From positions 310,001-374,000 of the forward strand of contig NW_026800229.1 of assembly GCF_032191835.1 (NCBI RefSeq): 64,000 nucleotides of DNA, given 5' to 3'. Position 1 is the first letter of the stretch, and each line of letters opens with the position of its first letter. Made by a program: the position numbers and the translations under genes. Of this stretch, positions 1-11,900 are shown piece after piece. The notes beneath the pieces are model-generated. The model searched no databases and was not told the DNA's origin. It saw nothing but the letters and a program-made list of their open reading frames with translations. The stretch comes from Heteronotia binoei. Its lineage: Eukaryota.

Positions 1-460
1 CCAACACTCTGGGTCACACAGGGGCCAAAAAAACCCAGGAGCCATCAGGACATAAGAACATAAGAGAAGCCATGTGGGATCAGGCCAATGGCCCCTCCAG
101 TCCAACTCTCTGGGTCACACAGGGGCCAAAAAAGGGAGGTTCACGAGTGGGGCTAGAAGCTCTTTCACTTTACCCCCCTCCACCAAGCACCAAGAATACA
201 GACCATCACTGCCCCGTACAACAATAAGTTGTGGCTAAGAGTCACTGATGGACCTCTGCTCCAGATGCTTATCCACTCCCCTCTTGAAACTGGCTATGCT
301 TGCAGCCGCGGCCACCTCCTGTGGCAGTGAATTCCACATGTTAATCCCCCTTTGGATGAAGAAGGGCTTCTTTTTATCCATTCTAACCCGACTGCTCAGC
401 AATTTCATGGAGGGCCCGCCAGTTCTGGTATTGTGAGGAAGGGAGAAAGGGAGGAACGAA
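1..460 (-). mobile_element. CR1 LINE 3' end (ORF2 C-terminus, 3'UTR, (TTCTTATG)n tail), partial
   Basis: Minus-strand translation ...HNTRTGGPSMKLLSSRVRMDKKKPFFIQRGINMWNSLPQEV... is a CR1 ORF2 C-terminus. CATAAGAA tail units occur near 50-65. Confidence 0.8.
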
Positions 461-892
461 AAGGTCTCGCTTTCCAAACTCACCAGTCCCTTTACAGGGG
501 GCAGATCCTGCCGCGGCTAGCCAGAAGAGGGGCGGAGAGGGGGGCACTTGGCTCAAGGGGGGGATTGCACACAACCCCCCTCCCGTTTCTGTCAGAGGGG
601 CTGAAGAGTCACCCGCGGGTTGCCCCAGATCAGGGTTCTCCAACATGGTGCCCAAGAGGGCCTGGGCAGCCGCTGGCATCTTTCCGGGCACTCAGCCCTG
701 GTTTTTTAGCAAGAGGAGGGGAAGCAAGGGGGGCTCCTGCCTGGCCGCTGGAGGGGAACTGCTGGGCCTCTTTCCAAGCGGGGGTTTCAATGCCGCCACC
801 TCTTCCCCTCTGATAGAATGCTCGAGTGGGAAGGGGCCTCCAGGGTCATCTAGTCCAACCCCCTGCACAAGGCAGGGAACTCGCAAATAAAA

Positions 893-1190
893 AAAAGGCG
901 AAGGGAGTCCCCCGTGCAAGCACCAGTCGTTTCTGACTCTGGGGTGACGTCGCATCACGACATTTTCACTGCAGACTTTTTACGGCTGGTTTGCCCTCGC
1001 CTTCCCCAGTCCTCTACGCTTCCCCCCCAGCAAGCTGGGGACTCCTTTGACCGACCTCGGAAGGATGGAAGGCTGAATCAACCTCGAGCCGGATACCTGA
1101 ACCCAGCTTCTGCCGAGATTGAACTCGGGTTGTGAGCAGAGCTTGAGCTGCGGGACTGCAGCTTTCCCACTCTGCGCCGCGGGGCTGAGC
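893..1190 (-). mobile_element. Sauria-type tRNA-derived SINE
   Basis: The reverse complement has a tRNA-like head, the GGTTGATTCAGCCTTCCATCCTTCCGAGGTCGG core and a BovB-like tail. Near-identical copies are at 2008 and 5165. Confidence 0.75.
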
Positions 1191-1430
1191 CCAGGATCCT
1201 CCTTGCTGTCAGAGGGCCAGCTAGCCTCTGCTGAAAAGCCTCCGAGGAAGGAGAGCCGTCTCCCTGCAGCTGGCTCCTGCTCCCCACAGCTGCCTTGTGC
1301 CGGCGCCCCCCGCCCCGCAACTGCTGCCCAGATGCTCCCAACCCGGCCCTGCCTAGTGGGATGGAGACCGAGGGGGGCCCTTCTGCTGCTCTTCCCTCCC
1401 CCCCCCCCCCCGCAAATCAATTCCTGGAAT

Positions 1431-1709
1431 TAGGGTTTGTAGACTCTTTCGGGCTCAAGTGCAGTGTTCTGCTGGAGAAAGTTTTTCTTCCAGACGTTTC
1501 GTTCTCAGCTGCGGAGAACATCCTCAGTGGCGTTGCAGCCGGAGCAGGCGCTCGGACCTTCTTGGCTGCTGTGCATTGAGTGACGCTTGTAGCCGCCACC
1601 ACTTCTATGCTTCTATTCAAACTTTCTCCAGTAGAACCCGGCACTTGAGCCCGAATGATTCTACAAACCCGAATGATGTTGCCAGCCGTGAAAACCTGAA
1701 ATCTTTGAT
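1431..1709. mobile_element. Penelope-like element fragment with inverted 5' part
   Basis: Flanked by 12-bp direct repeat AATTCCTGGAAT (1419-1430, 1710-1721). About 52-bp internal inverted repeat (1433-1484 vs 1619-1670). PLE-type end CCAGCCGTGAAAACCTGAAATCTTTGATA. Contains a hammerhead core. Confidence 0.7.
1490..1530 (-). ncRNA. Minimal type I hammerhead ribozyme motif
   Basis: Minus strand reads CCA-CTGAGGA-T-GTTCTC-CGCAGCT-GAGAAC-GAAA-CG-TC/TGG: CUGANGA and GAAA cores, 6-bp stem II, CCA/UGG stem I, palindromic ACGU in place of stem III, GUC cleavage triplet. Confidence 0.75.
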
Positions 1710-2007
1710 AATTCCTGGAATGGAAAACAAAGATGAGGTGGGGGCGTTTCTCTGCCCCAGGGGCCTGGGGGGAGTTGGCGGGAGCCTTGAAAGGACGTTT
1801 CTGGACTACCCCTGCCCCCCCCCCCAGACCGGGTCCGGTTTGCCCTTAGCTGTCAAGTCAAGGGAGCAGAGCATCTCTGGACATGTACAAAGAGCCCTGC
1901 GGAGGAAACACAACTTGGGGGCGAAGCCCGGAGGGAGAGGCAGGCAGCTGGGCCGACATAGCCATTGGGCGGAGCAAGGACAGAGCCTGGCCCCACGCTA
2001 CATCCGA

Positions 2008-2305
2008 AGGAAAAGGTCAAGGCAGTCCCCTGCGCAAGCACCAGTCGTTTCCGACTCTGGGGTGACGTTGCTTTCACAACGTTTTCACGGCAGACTTTTT
2101 ACGGGGCGGTTTGCCATTGCCTTCCCCAGTCATCTCCACCTCCCCCCCCCCCCCCAGCAAGCTGGGGACTCCTTTGACCGACCTGGGCAGGAGGGAAGGC
2201 TGAGTCAACCTCGAGTCGGCTACCTGAACCAGATTCCGCCGGGATTGAACTCAGGTGGTGAGCTGCAGGACTGCAGCGTTTCCACTCTGCGCCACAGGGC
2301 TCTTC
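2008..2305 (-). mobile_element. Sauria-type SINE
   Basis: Same sequence as the 893-1190 copy. Confidence 0.75.
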
Positions 2306-3007
2306 ACGCCGCATCGAGGACCCGCCAAAATGTTTTCATTTCTTTTAAAACCAGGAGGGAAAAAATGAACTTTTAGGGTCGAAGAACTTCCCCTCCCTCA
2401 CATCGGGGGATAAAAATGAAATTTTAGGTCCATGAAAATCTATTAACTTTTAGCTAAAACAGAAAAAAAAAAAGTTGACGTCTTTAGAGTGACCTCGGAA
2501 ATAATTTTTAATAGGGGCATGTCTTTATGGGGGGAGTCTCCGCCACCTCGCATATGCAGGCAGAGCTCCGGGGGGGGGGGGCGGGAGGGGTCTTGTCTGG
2601 CAGAGGCCTCTGGGGGGGGGGGTGCTGGCAGCCTTTGCTCCAGGGAGGGGGCCGATCGGGGGTTACCAGCTCCCGGCTAGGAAAGTCCTGGCGGGTTGCG
2701 GGGGGGGGGGCAGCCTCTGGGACGGAGAGGGCTCACGAGGCCATCCAGCCGCCCTCCCCCCCGAGGAGGAGTTCTTTCCTCCAGCGCCGCAGCTGTTTTT
2801 CTCGGGAGCGCGGCTGGGGGTTGGCAACGCGAGCGGGCGGGAGTTCCCTGTAGACAACTCCCGGGAGGGTCCGGAGCGCCTTGCAAGCGAGCGAGGGAGC
2901 GATCGTGCGGGGGGGGGGGGCGGGGTGGTGTTTCCCTCTGCCGCTGCTCTCTAGGATAGGCGGCGGCTGCGGCGCAGGGGCTGAGAGCAGCAGCGGTGTG
3001 GCTGCGA

Positions 3008-5150
3008 GAGCCAGTTTGGTGCAGGGGTTAACTGCGCGGACTCTTATCTGGAAAAACCGGGTCTGATTCCCCACTCCTCCACTTGCAGCTGCTGGAATGG
3101 TCTTGCGTCAGCCAGAGCTTCCATAGGAGTTGTTCTTGAAAGGGCAGCTTCTGGGAGAGCTCTCTCAGCCCCACCCACCTCACAGGGTCTGATTCCCCAC
3201 TCCTCCACTTGCACCTGCTGGAATGGCCTTGGGTCAGCCATAGCTCTCTTCTCTGGGAGAGCCGGGTTTGATTCCCCACTCCTCCACTTGCAGCTGCTGG
3301 AATGGCCTTGGGTCAGCCATAGCTCTCTTATCTGGGAGAGCCGGGTTTGATTCCCCACTCCTCCACTTGCAGCTGCTGGAATGGCCTTGGGTCAGCCAGA
3401 GCTCTCTTATCTGGGAGAACCGGGTCTGATTCCCCACTCCTCCACTTGCAGCTGCTGGAAGGGCCTTGGGTCAGCCAGAGCTCTCTTATCTGGGAAAACC
3501 GGGTCTGATTCCCCCCTCCTCCACTTGCAGCTGCTGGAATGGCCTTGGGTCAGCCAGAGCACTCTTATCTGGGAGAACCGGGTCTGATTCCCCACTCCTC
3601 CACTTGCAGCTGCTGGAATGGCCTTGGGTCAGCCAGAGCTCTCTTATCTGGGAAAACCGGGTCTGATTCCCCACTCCTCCACTTGCAGCTGCTGGAATGG
3701 CCTTGGGTCAGCCAGAGCTCTCTTATCTGGGAGAACCGGGTCTGATTCCCCACTCCTTCACTTGCAGCTGCTGGAATGGCCTTGGGTCAGCCAGAGCTCT
3801 CTTATCTGGGAAAACCGGGTCTGATTCCCCACTCCTCCACTTGCAGCTGCTGGAATGGCCTTGGGTCAGCCAGAGCTCTCTTATCTGGGAAAACCGGGTC
3901 TGATTCCCCCCTCCTCCACTTGCACCTGCTGGAATGGTCTTGGGTCAGCCAGAGCTCTCTTATCTGGGAGAACCGGGTTTGATTCCCCACTCCTCCACTT
4001 GCACCTGCTGGAATGGCCTTGGGTCAGCCAGAGCTCTCTTATCTGGGAGAACCGGGTTTGATTCCCCACTCCTTCACTTGCAGCTGCTGGAATGGCCTTG
4101 GGTCAGCCAGAGCTCTCTTATCTGGGAGAACCGGGTTTGATTCCCCACTCCTTCACTTGCAGCTGCTGGAATGGCCTTGGGTCAGCCAGAGCTCTCTTAT
4201 CTGGGAGAACTGGGTTTGATTCCCCACTCCTTCACTTGCAGCTGCTGGAATGGCCTTGGGTCAGCCAGAGCTCTCTTATCTGGGAGAACCGGGTTTGATT
4301 CCCCACTCCTCCACTTGCAGCTGCTGGAATGGCGTTGGGTCAGCCAGAGCTCTCTTATCTGGGAGAACCGGGTTTGATTCCCCACTCCTCCACTTGCAGC
4401 TGCTGGAATGGCCTTGGGTCAGCCTGAGCTCTCTTATCTGGGAGAACCGGGTTTGATTCCCCCCTCCTCCACTTGCAGCTGCTGGAATGGCCTTGGGTCA
4501 GCCAGAGCTCTCTTATCTGGGAGAACCGGGTCTGATTCCCCACTCCTCCACTTGCAGCTGCTGGAATGGCTTTGGGTCAGCCAGAGCTCTCTTATCTGGG
4601 AGAACCGGGTCTGATTCTCCACTCCTCCACTTGCAGCTGCTGGAATGGCTTTGGGTCAGCCAGAGCTCTCTTATCTGGGAGAACCTGGTTTGATCCCCCC
4701 CTCCTCCACTTGCAGCTGCTGGAATAGCCTGGGGTCAGCCAGAGCTCTCTTATCTGGGAGAACCGGGTCTGATTCCCCACTCCTCCACTTGCACCTGCTG
4801 GAATGGCCTTGGGTCAGCCAGAGGTCTCTTATCTGGGAGAACCGGGTTTGATTCCCCACTCCTCCACTTGCAGCTGCTGGAATGGCCTTGGGTCAGCCAG
4901 AGCTCCCATAGGAGTTGTTCTTGAAAGGGCAGCTTCTGGGAGAGCTCTCTCAGCCCCACCCACCTCACAGGGTTTGATTCCCCACTCCTCCACTTGCAGC
5001 TGCTGGAATGACCTTGGTCAGCCAGACCTCTGGCAGAGGTTGTCCTTGAAAGGGCAGCTGCCATGAGAGCCCTCTCAGGTCCACCCACTTCACAGGGTGT
5101 CTGTTGTGGGGGGAGAAGATATAGGGGATTGCGAGCCACTCTGAGACTGA
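3008..5150 (+). repeat. Squam3-like SINE expanded into a 79-bp tandem array (~22 units, 3195-4905)
   Basis: SINE head AGAGCCAGTTTGGTGCAGGGG at 3008. Unit GGGTTTGATTCCCCACTCCTCCACTTGCAGCTGCTGGAATGGCCTTGGGTCAGCCAGAGCTCTCTTATCTGGGAGAACC. SINE body and tail resume after 4905. Confidence 0.95.
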
Positions 5151-5164
5151 TTCAGAAAGAAGAA

Positions 5165-5430
5165 AGGAAAAGGAAAGGTCCTCTGTGCAAGCACCAGTCG
5201 TTTCTGACTCTGGGGTGACGTTGCTTTCACAACGTTTTCACGGCAGACTTTTTTACGGGGTGGTTTGCCATTGCCTTCCCCAGTTCTCTACACTTCTCCC
5301 CCAGCAAGCTGGGGACTCCTTTGACCGACCTCGGAAGGATGGAAGGCTGAGTCAACCTCGAGCCGGCTACCTGAAAACCCAGCTTCCTCCGGGAATCGAA
5401 CTCAGGCTCGTGAGCAGAGCTTAGGACTGC
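5165..5430 (-). mobile_element. Sauria-type SINE
   Basis: Same sequence as the 893-1190 copy. Confidence 0.75.
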
Positions 5431-5569
5431 AGGGCTTTTTAGTTGGAGATGCCAGGGATTGAACCTGGGACCTTCTGCTTATCAAGCAGAGGCTTTGCGA
5501 CTGAGCCACCCTCCCTCCCCTCCCCATTTTGTTGCTAATGCAATAAAGATTGATTGATTGATGTCCCCC

Positions 5570-5960
5570 GTATTTATTTATTTATTTATTTGACTTATGT
5601 CCCGCCCTGCCCGCTGCTGAAGCAGGCTCAGGGAGGCTCAGATTGAAAAGTCATAAAAACCAGTATTAATAAGCCCTAACATAAAAATATAAAATACATC
5701 ATAGATAAAAGCATATAAAACAATATCATGCAACAATGGTAGGTGCTCTTTGATCTAGCAGTTGATTGTATTGGTAAAGGCGGGTAACTGCCAATTCCAT
5801 TGATGTAAGTTTTATCATTTAGCTATTACTGCGTATTAAGAGAAAAGTCCCAGGTCACAGTGGAGTGTTCGAGGTGGGCCAAATAGTGTCTATTTCTTTT
5901 TGGGCTGGATGGTGTAATTTGTTTTTTCTGTTGTCGTAGATTTTAATTCCAAAATGCCTG
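5570..5960 (-). mobile_element. LINE 3' fragment (L2-like tail)
   Basis: (TTTA)n tail followed by ATGTCCCGCCCTG...GCTCAGGGAGGCTCA, the same terminal motif as at 16868 and 56207. Family assignment is tentative. Confidence 0.4.
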
Positions 5961-7325
5961 GCGAAAGAGCACCGCTCTGCAGGCCCTGTGGGGAGCAGGG
6001 CTAGGGAGGCATCCAAAAGTCCCCCACCCCCTGGGGCCCCGTGTTCCCTGTGGGTGTGTTGCTTGGATGCGCGGGAGTTTATTTTTAGCGCCTTCCGAGC
6101 GCTCAGCCCCACTTGGGGTCCTTGGTGGGCAGTGGCTCATAGGAAGGGCAAGCTGGCATGAGAACCGCTTAGCTCTTCCTGGCAGAAGCTGCTGCTGCTG
6201 AGGGCACTCGGGCCACCTGCCGGAGCAGAAGTCACCTGGCAGTCTTCCCGGGCAACGGCTGGTGGTGCCGGGTAAGACCTCGGCTTGACAAGGGGGCAGA
6301 GGAAAAGGGACCAGAGAGAGGGGGGGCAGGGGCTGATGATCAGCTTCACAGGGGTGTGGAGAGCTGGAAATGAGCACACACAAACACCCACCCAGTCTCT
6401 CATACACAGGAAGCTGCCTTCTCCTGACCCACTCCATCCGTCTGTCAAGGCTAGTCTTGCCAGCTCAGACTGGCAGCTGCTCTAAAGATCTTTCCCCTCC
6501 CCTCCTGCCTGCTCCTTTCAGCTGGCTAACAGGAAGGGCTGCTTCCCAGAGCTGCCTGCCCCCTCTTCATCTTCTGGGGGCTCTCACACTGCGGAGGAAC
6601 CCAGGGTGGGATCCTGGGTGTGTGTGTGTGTGCTGCCCTTCTCCCTCCTTGTTGGGGTGGAGTCAGAGTTCTTGGACCTTGTTTCTGTCACCCTTGCTGC
6701 TTTTGCTGTTTTACCCCCTCTCTTGGAAACAACGGAAGGTGGAGGCATCTCCTCTGGAGGTGTGACTTGGGCTGCATAAATCCAGTCCTCACCAAACTTG
6801 GAGGACAAGTAGAAGAGAGTCAGCAGGAGACCCCTGGTGAGTTTGGTGTCTCTGGCATGCTTGGGGGGTGGGTTCTATTCTACCACAAACCTCACAACCT
6901 GAACCAGCTCATTTGCCTCTTGAAAGCTTGTGGCTGTTTGGCGTTTGCAAGCCAGGTATGCCACAAACCACACTGGAACACATTTTCCCAGTTCATGCCC
7001 ACCCCTCTTTGCAAACCCTTCGGTAAATGAGGGCGCCCGTTGAGCCTCCTCTGGCCAGTGTTTAAAGATGCCCCAGAGTGGACTAGAGAGGAAAAAGCCA
7101 GTCTGTATTCTGCTCAGGTGTGAAGGAGCTCATCTGCCACAGCAGTTGCATCCAGAGTTTGGGGAGGGGAAACTCACACGCACACACGGATGTGCCTATG
7201 TAGCACACTAAAAAAACCTGTACAAATCCTGATGTGGTTATACAAACAATTGTATCAAGACCACTGTTCTCTGGGGAAGTGCCTAGGTTCAAGGGCACCA
7301 CTGTGCATGCTGGAGCATAGCACAT

Positions 7326-7825
7326 GAAGGAAGAAGGAGAAGAAATAGATATTGGGTTTATACCCCCCCTCCACTCTGAATCTCCGAGTCTCAGAGAGGG
7401 CACAATCTCCTTTACCTCCCCCCCCCAAAAAAAACAGGCATCCTGTGGGCTGGGTGGGGCTGAGAAAGCTCTCCCAGAAGCTGCCCTTTCAAGGACAAGT
7501 CCTGTGAGAGCTATGGCTGACCCAAGGCTATTCCAGTAGGTGCAAGTGGAGGAAGAAGATATTGGATTTATATCCCGCCCTCCACTCCTAAGAGTCTCAG
7601 AGCGGCTCACAATCTCCTTTACCTTCCTCCCCCACAACAGACACCCTGTGAGGTGGGTGGGGCTGGAGAGGGCTCTCACAGCAGCTGCCCTTTGAAGGAC
7701 AACCTCTGCCAGAGCTATGGCTGACCCAAGGCCACTCCAGCAGGTGCAAGTGGAGGAGTGGGGAATCAAACCCGGTTCTCCCAGATAAGAGTCTGCACAC
7801 TTCACCACTGCACCAAACTGGCTCC
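7326..7825 (-). mobile_element. Squam3-like SINE with duplicated 3' half
   Basis: Reverse complement of the head (CACACTTCACCACTGCACCAAACTGGCTC, ~7795-7825) plus two copies of body and tail. Confidence 0.75.
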
Positions 7826-8349
7826 CAGGATGCAGTTACCGGAGTGCTTATCTCAAGGCGACTGCTTCCTTGGTTTTTTAATATATTGATCTGCAGATCA
7901 AATCTAAAGGAAATCAAGCCTGAACTGTCCCTAGAACTGAAAATGACTAAACGGAGGGTATGGTACTTTGGTCACCTTCAGAGAATACAAGATCAAGATG
8001 GGATGCCATGTGAGTCTGTCTGGAGCAGCAGGGCAGAGGCAGAGTCCAGAAGGACCTTAAAATTAGCACAAACTGGTGGGCGGGGAAGGAGCTTTCATGA
8101 GTGACTGCTCACTTCTTCAGATGCAGCACATTAGCAAAATTGGCAGCTCTCATGAACCACTGCTCAGTTGCCCATTCTGGGCTGTATCGGAAGAAGTGGG
8201 CAGTGGTTCTTGCGAGTCGCCAATTTTGCTAATTTTAAGGTGCTCCTTGACTCTGGCTCTGCCGTCCTGAGAAGACGCGGCTCCCAGGAAAAGTCAAGAC
8301 TGCTAGGACAAGTTGAAGGCAGCCAGAAAGGAGGAGCCATAAGACTGAT

Positions 8350-8745
8350 TGACGTCGACTGCGGGGTGACATGAGAGAGGTTTACAAGATAATGCATGGG
8401 ATGGAGAAAGTAGAGAAAGAAGTCCTTTTCTCCCTTTCTCACAATACAAGAACTCGTGGGCATTCAATGAAATTGCTGAGCAGTCGGGTTAGAACGGATA
8501 AAAGGAAGTCCTTCTTCACCCAAAGGGTGATTAACATGTGGAATTCACTGCCACAGGAGGTGGTGGCGGCCACAAGCATAGCCACCTTCAAGAGGGGGTT
8601 AGATAAAAATATGGAGCACAGGTCCATCAGTGGCCATTAGCCACAGTGTGTACATATATGTATATACATTTTTGGCGACTGTGTGACAGAGTGTTGGACT
8701 GGATGGGCCGTTGGCCTGATCTAACATGGCTTCTCTTATGTTCTT
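8350..8745 (+). mobile_element. CR1 3' fragment; its terminal microsatellite is the L1 target site
   Basis: Translation HGMEKVEKEVLFSLSHNTRTRGHSMKLL...NMWNSLPQEVV. The tail continues after the L1 at 14588-14616. Confidence 0.85.
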
Positions 8746-8941
8746 GAGTTTTAAACAATTTATTGGTAGCATATGGTTACAAAGCTTATCTATTTCTTAA
8801 TTTTTTCTTTTTTTTTCACATTAACCCATATGACATTTCCATCCCCCCTCCCTCCAATGTTGACTTCCCCGAGGTTATAAGTTCAAATCCATACTAAAGG
8901 CACTTCTGATTGCTCAAAGTTCCGTATATATATTCTTACAA

Positions 8942-11900
8942 CTAAAAAAATGTCCAATATTTCTTTACTTTCCAAGTTTTCTCCATATATCCTTTAAATT
9001 TTCTCCACTCCCTTTTGAATATCTCTAAATCATAGTCTCTTAGTGTTCTGGTTAATTTGTCCATTTCACACCACGATAAAACTTTCATGGTCCATTCCCA
9101 TTTCTCTGGTATTTTTTCTTGCTTCCAAAGCTGCGCGTACAAAGTCCTAGCAGCTGATAACAGGTACCAAATTAAAGTCCTGTCTTCTTTTGGGTATTTT
9201 TCTAATTGTAATCCAAGTAAAAACGTCTCTGCAATTTTCTTAAAATCATAGCCCAAAATTTTGGTGATTTCTTGTTGTATCATCTTCCAGAATTCTTTCG
9301 CTCTTTCACATGTCCACCACATATGGAAGAAAGAACCTTCATGTTTTTTACATTTCCAACATCTATCCGACATTTTCTTACTTATCTTAGCCAATTTTTT
9401 CGGAGTCATATACCACCTATACATCATTTTAAAACAGTTCTCCTTAATGCTTTGACAAGTTGATATCTTCATTGAGTTCTTCCAGAGGTGCTCCCATGTT
9501 TCCATTTGTATTTCTCTATTCACATTAATTGCCCATTTGACCATTTGAGACTTTACTACTTCTTCTTCTGTAGACCATTTCAATAATAACTTATATACTT
9601 TTGATATCAATTTTTCATTGTCACCTAACAGGACTCTTTCCAGTTCTGTTTGTTCTCGTCTAATCCCCTCTGATTTTATGTCATTTTCCATCAAACTTTT
9701 AATTTGTTGCATTTGAAACCAATCATAATTGTTATTTAGCTCTTCTGAGGTTTTTAATTCAATTTTGTCTCCTTGAATCTTAAGCAGTTGGTTATATGAC
9801 ATTTCTCTTTTTTCTTCAGAATCAGCTGTTATTTTTATTACTTCTGCTGGCACTATCCATAATGGTTTTCTCTCGTCCCCGTATTTCTTGTATTTTATCC
9901 AAGTATTTAGTAATGTATTTCTGACATAGTGGTGAGAGAAAAAACCATCCATTTTATTCTTCCCATAGTACATGTATGCATGCCAGCCGAATCTATTTCC
10001 GTGAGCTTCTAACCACAAAGGTTTTTTATCTAACAGCATTATCCAATCTTTTATCCATGTCAAACAAACTGCATCGTGGTATAGTCTTAGATCGGGAAGT
10101 TGAAAACCTCCTCTCTCTTTGGCATCTGTTAAGATCTTCATCTTTATCCTTGGTTTCTTTCCGGCCCAAATGAAATCAGAGATTTTCCTTTGCCATTTGT
10201 TGAATTGTTTTGCTTCTTTTACAATCGGGATGGTTTGAAACAAATACATTATCCTTGGCAAAATATTCATTTTGATTGCAGCTATCCTGCCCAGTAAGGA
10301 CAAGTTGAGTTTATTCCATTTCATCAAATCTTTGTCCATCTTACACCACAGTTTTTCATAATTGTTTTTGTATAAATCAATGTTCTTCATTGTTATCTCT
10401 ATTCCAAGGTACCTAACTTTGGTTGTGACTTCACAACCTGTCACCTTTTGTAGTTCGTTTGTTTTATTTGGTTGCATGTTTTTACAGAGGAATTTCGATT
10501 TCTCCTTATTTATGTATAATCCTGCTAGTTCTCCGTATTCTTTTATCTTAGCTAACAGCAGTGGTGACACTTGAACCGGATTCTCCATTATGAACACTAT
10601 ATCATCTGCAAAAGCTTTATATTTATAAGAGAATCTTCTAATTTTTAGACCTTCTATTTTTTCATCTTTTTGAATTTGTTGTAACAAAATTTCAAGAGTC
10701 ATTATAAACAACAATGGTGATAGCGGGCATCCTTGCCTTGTTCCTTTACTCACTTTCAATTCTTTGGTAAGGTCTGCATTTATACACAATTTTGCATGCT
10801 GATCTGTATATATTGCTCTTGTCATTTTTATAAATTGTTCCCCTAAATTAATTTTTTCCATTACCGCAAACATAAAGTCCCAATTTAAGTTGTCGAAGGC
10901 TTTCTCTGCGTCAACAAAAAATAAGGCCACTTCTTTTTCCGGGTGCTTTTCATAATATTCCACAACATTAATAACAGCTCTTACATTGTCCCTTATTTGT
11001 CTTTTAGGAAGAAATCCCGCTTGGTCTTTGTTTATAAAGTTGGTCAGGTATTGTTTCAGTCGCTCTGCTAAAATTCTTGTATAGATCTTATAGTCATTAT
11101 TCAACAATGAGATTGGTCTATAATTTTTTACGTTTGTGCTATCTTTATCTTCCTTAGGAATCAGAGAGATTACAGCTTCCCTCCAGGTCTTTGGGATTTT
11201 CCCTTCTTCTCTTATCGTGTTTAACAACTTCAACAGTTTGGGTGTTAATTCATCCTTGAGAGATTTGTAAAATTTTGACGTGAATCCATCTGGCCCTGGA
11301 GCTTTACCCTCTTGCATTGCTTTTATTGCTGCTTCTATTTCAATTTTCTCTATTGGGTCATTTAATATCTTTTTCATATGTTCCGTCAAAGGTGCCACCT
11401 GAATGTTTCGTAGATACTCTTCCACTTTTTCTTTACTTACATTCACACCCTTGAATAAATTTGCATAGTATTTAAAGAATTCTCTTTTAATTCCTTCTTG
11501 ATCCACTACTGTTTTCCCATTTGCCATGATTTTATTTATAGTCTTATTTTCTTTCCTTTTTTTTAATTGCCAGGCCAGGTATTTACCAGGTTTGTTTGCA
11601 CTTTCAAACGATTTCTGTTTCAAATTTTTTAAATTCCATTCTAATTCTTTATTCAGCAAATGTTTAACTTGGGATTGTAATATCGTAATTTCTTTTATTA
11701 ATTTTTTCTTCCCTGGTCTTTTTTTTAAGTCCTTTTCTTTTTTATCTATTTCATTTTGCAGTGCTGACAGCCTTTCTTCTCTTGCTCTTTTGTCTTTATT
11801 ATTCAATGTAATTAATATACCCCTCATTACTGCTTTATAGGTGTCCCATACTGTTGGATATTCCATATCATCCGTTTCATTTATTTGGAAGAATGCTGCA

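Noticed and set aside
1459-2376. 305-aa ORF
   Set aside because: It runs across a Penelope-like insert and a Sauria SINE, with no recognisable domain. A chance open frame in GC-rich sequence.
3028-5139. Dozens of 62-68 aa ORFs (MGNQTRFSQ..., MALGQPELS...) here and at 17400-18200 and 31600-35200
   Set aside because: Artefacts of the 79-bp period: frames rotate and hit a stop about every three units. The sequence is SINE-derived.
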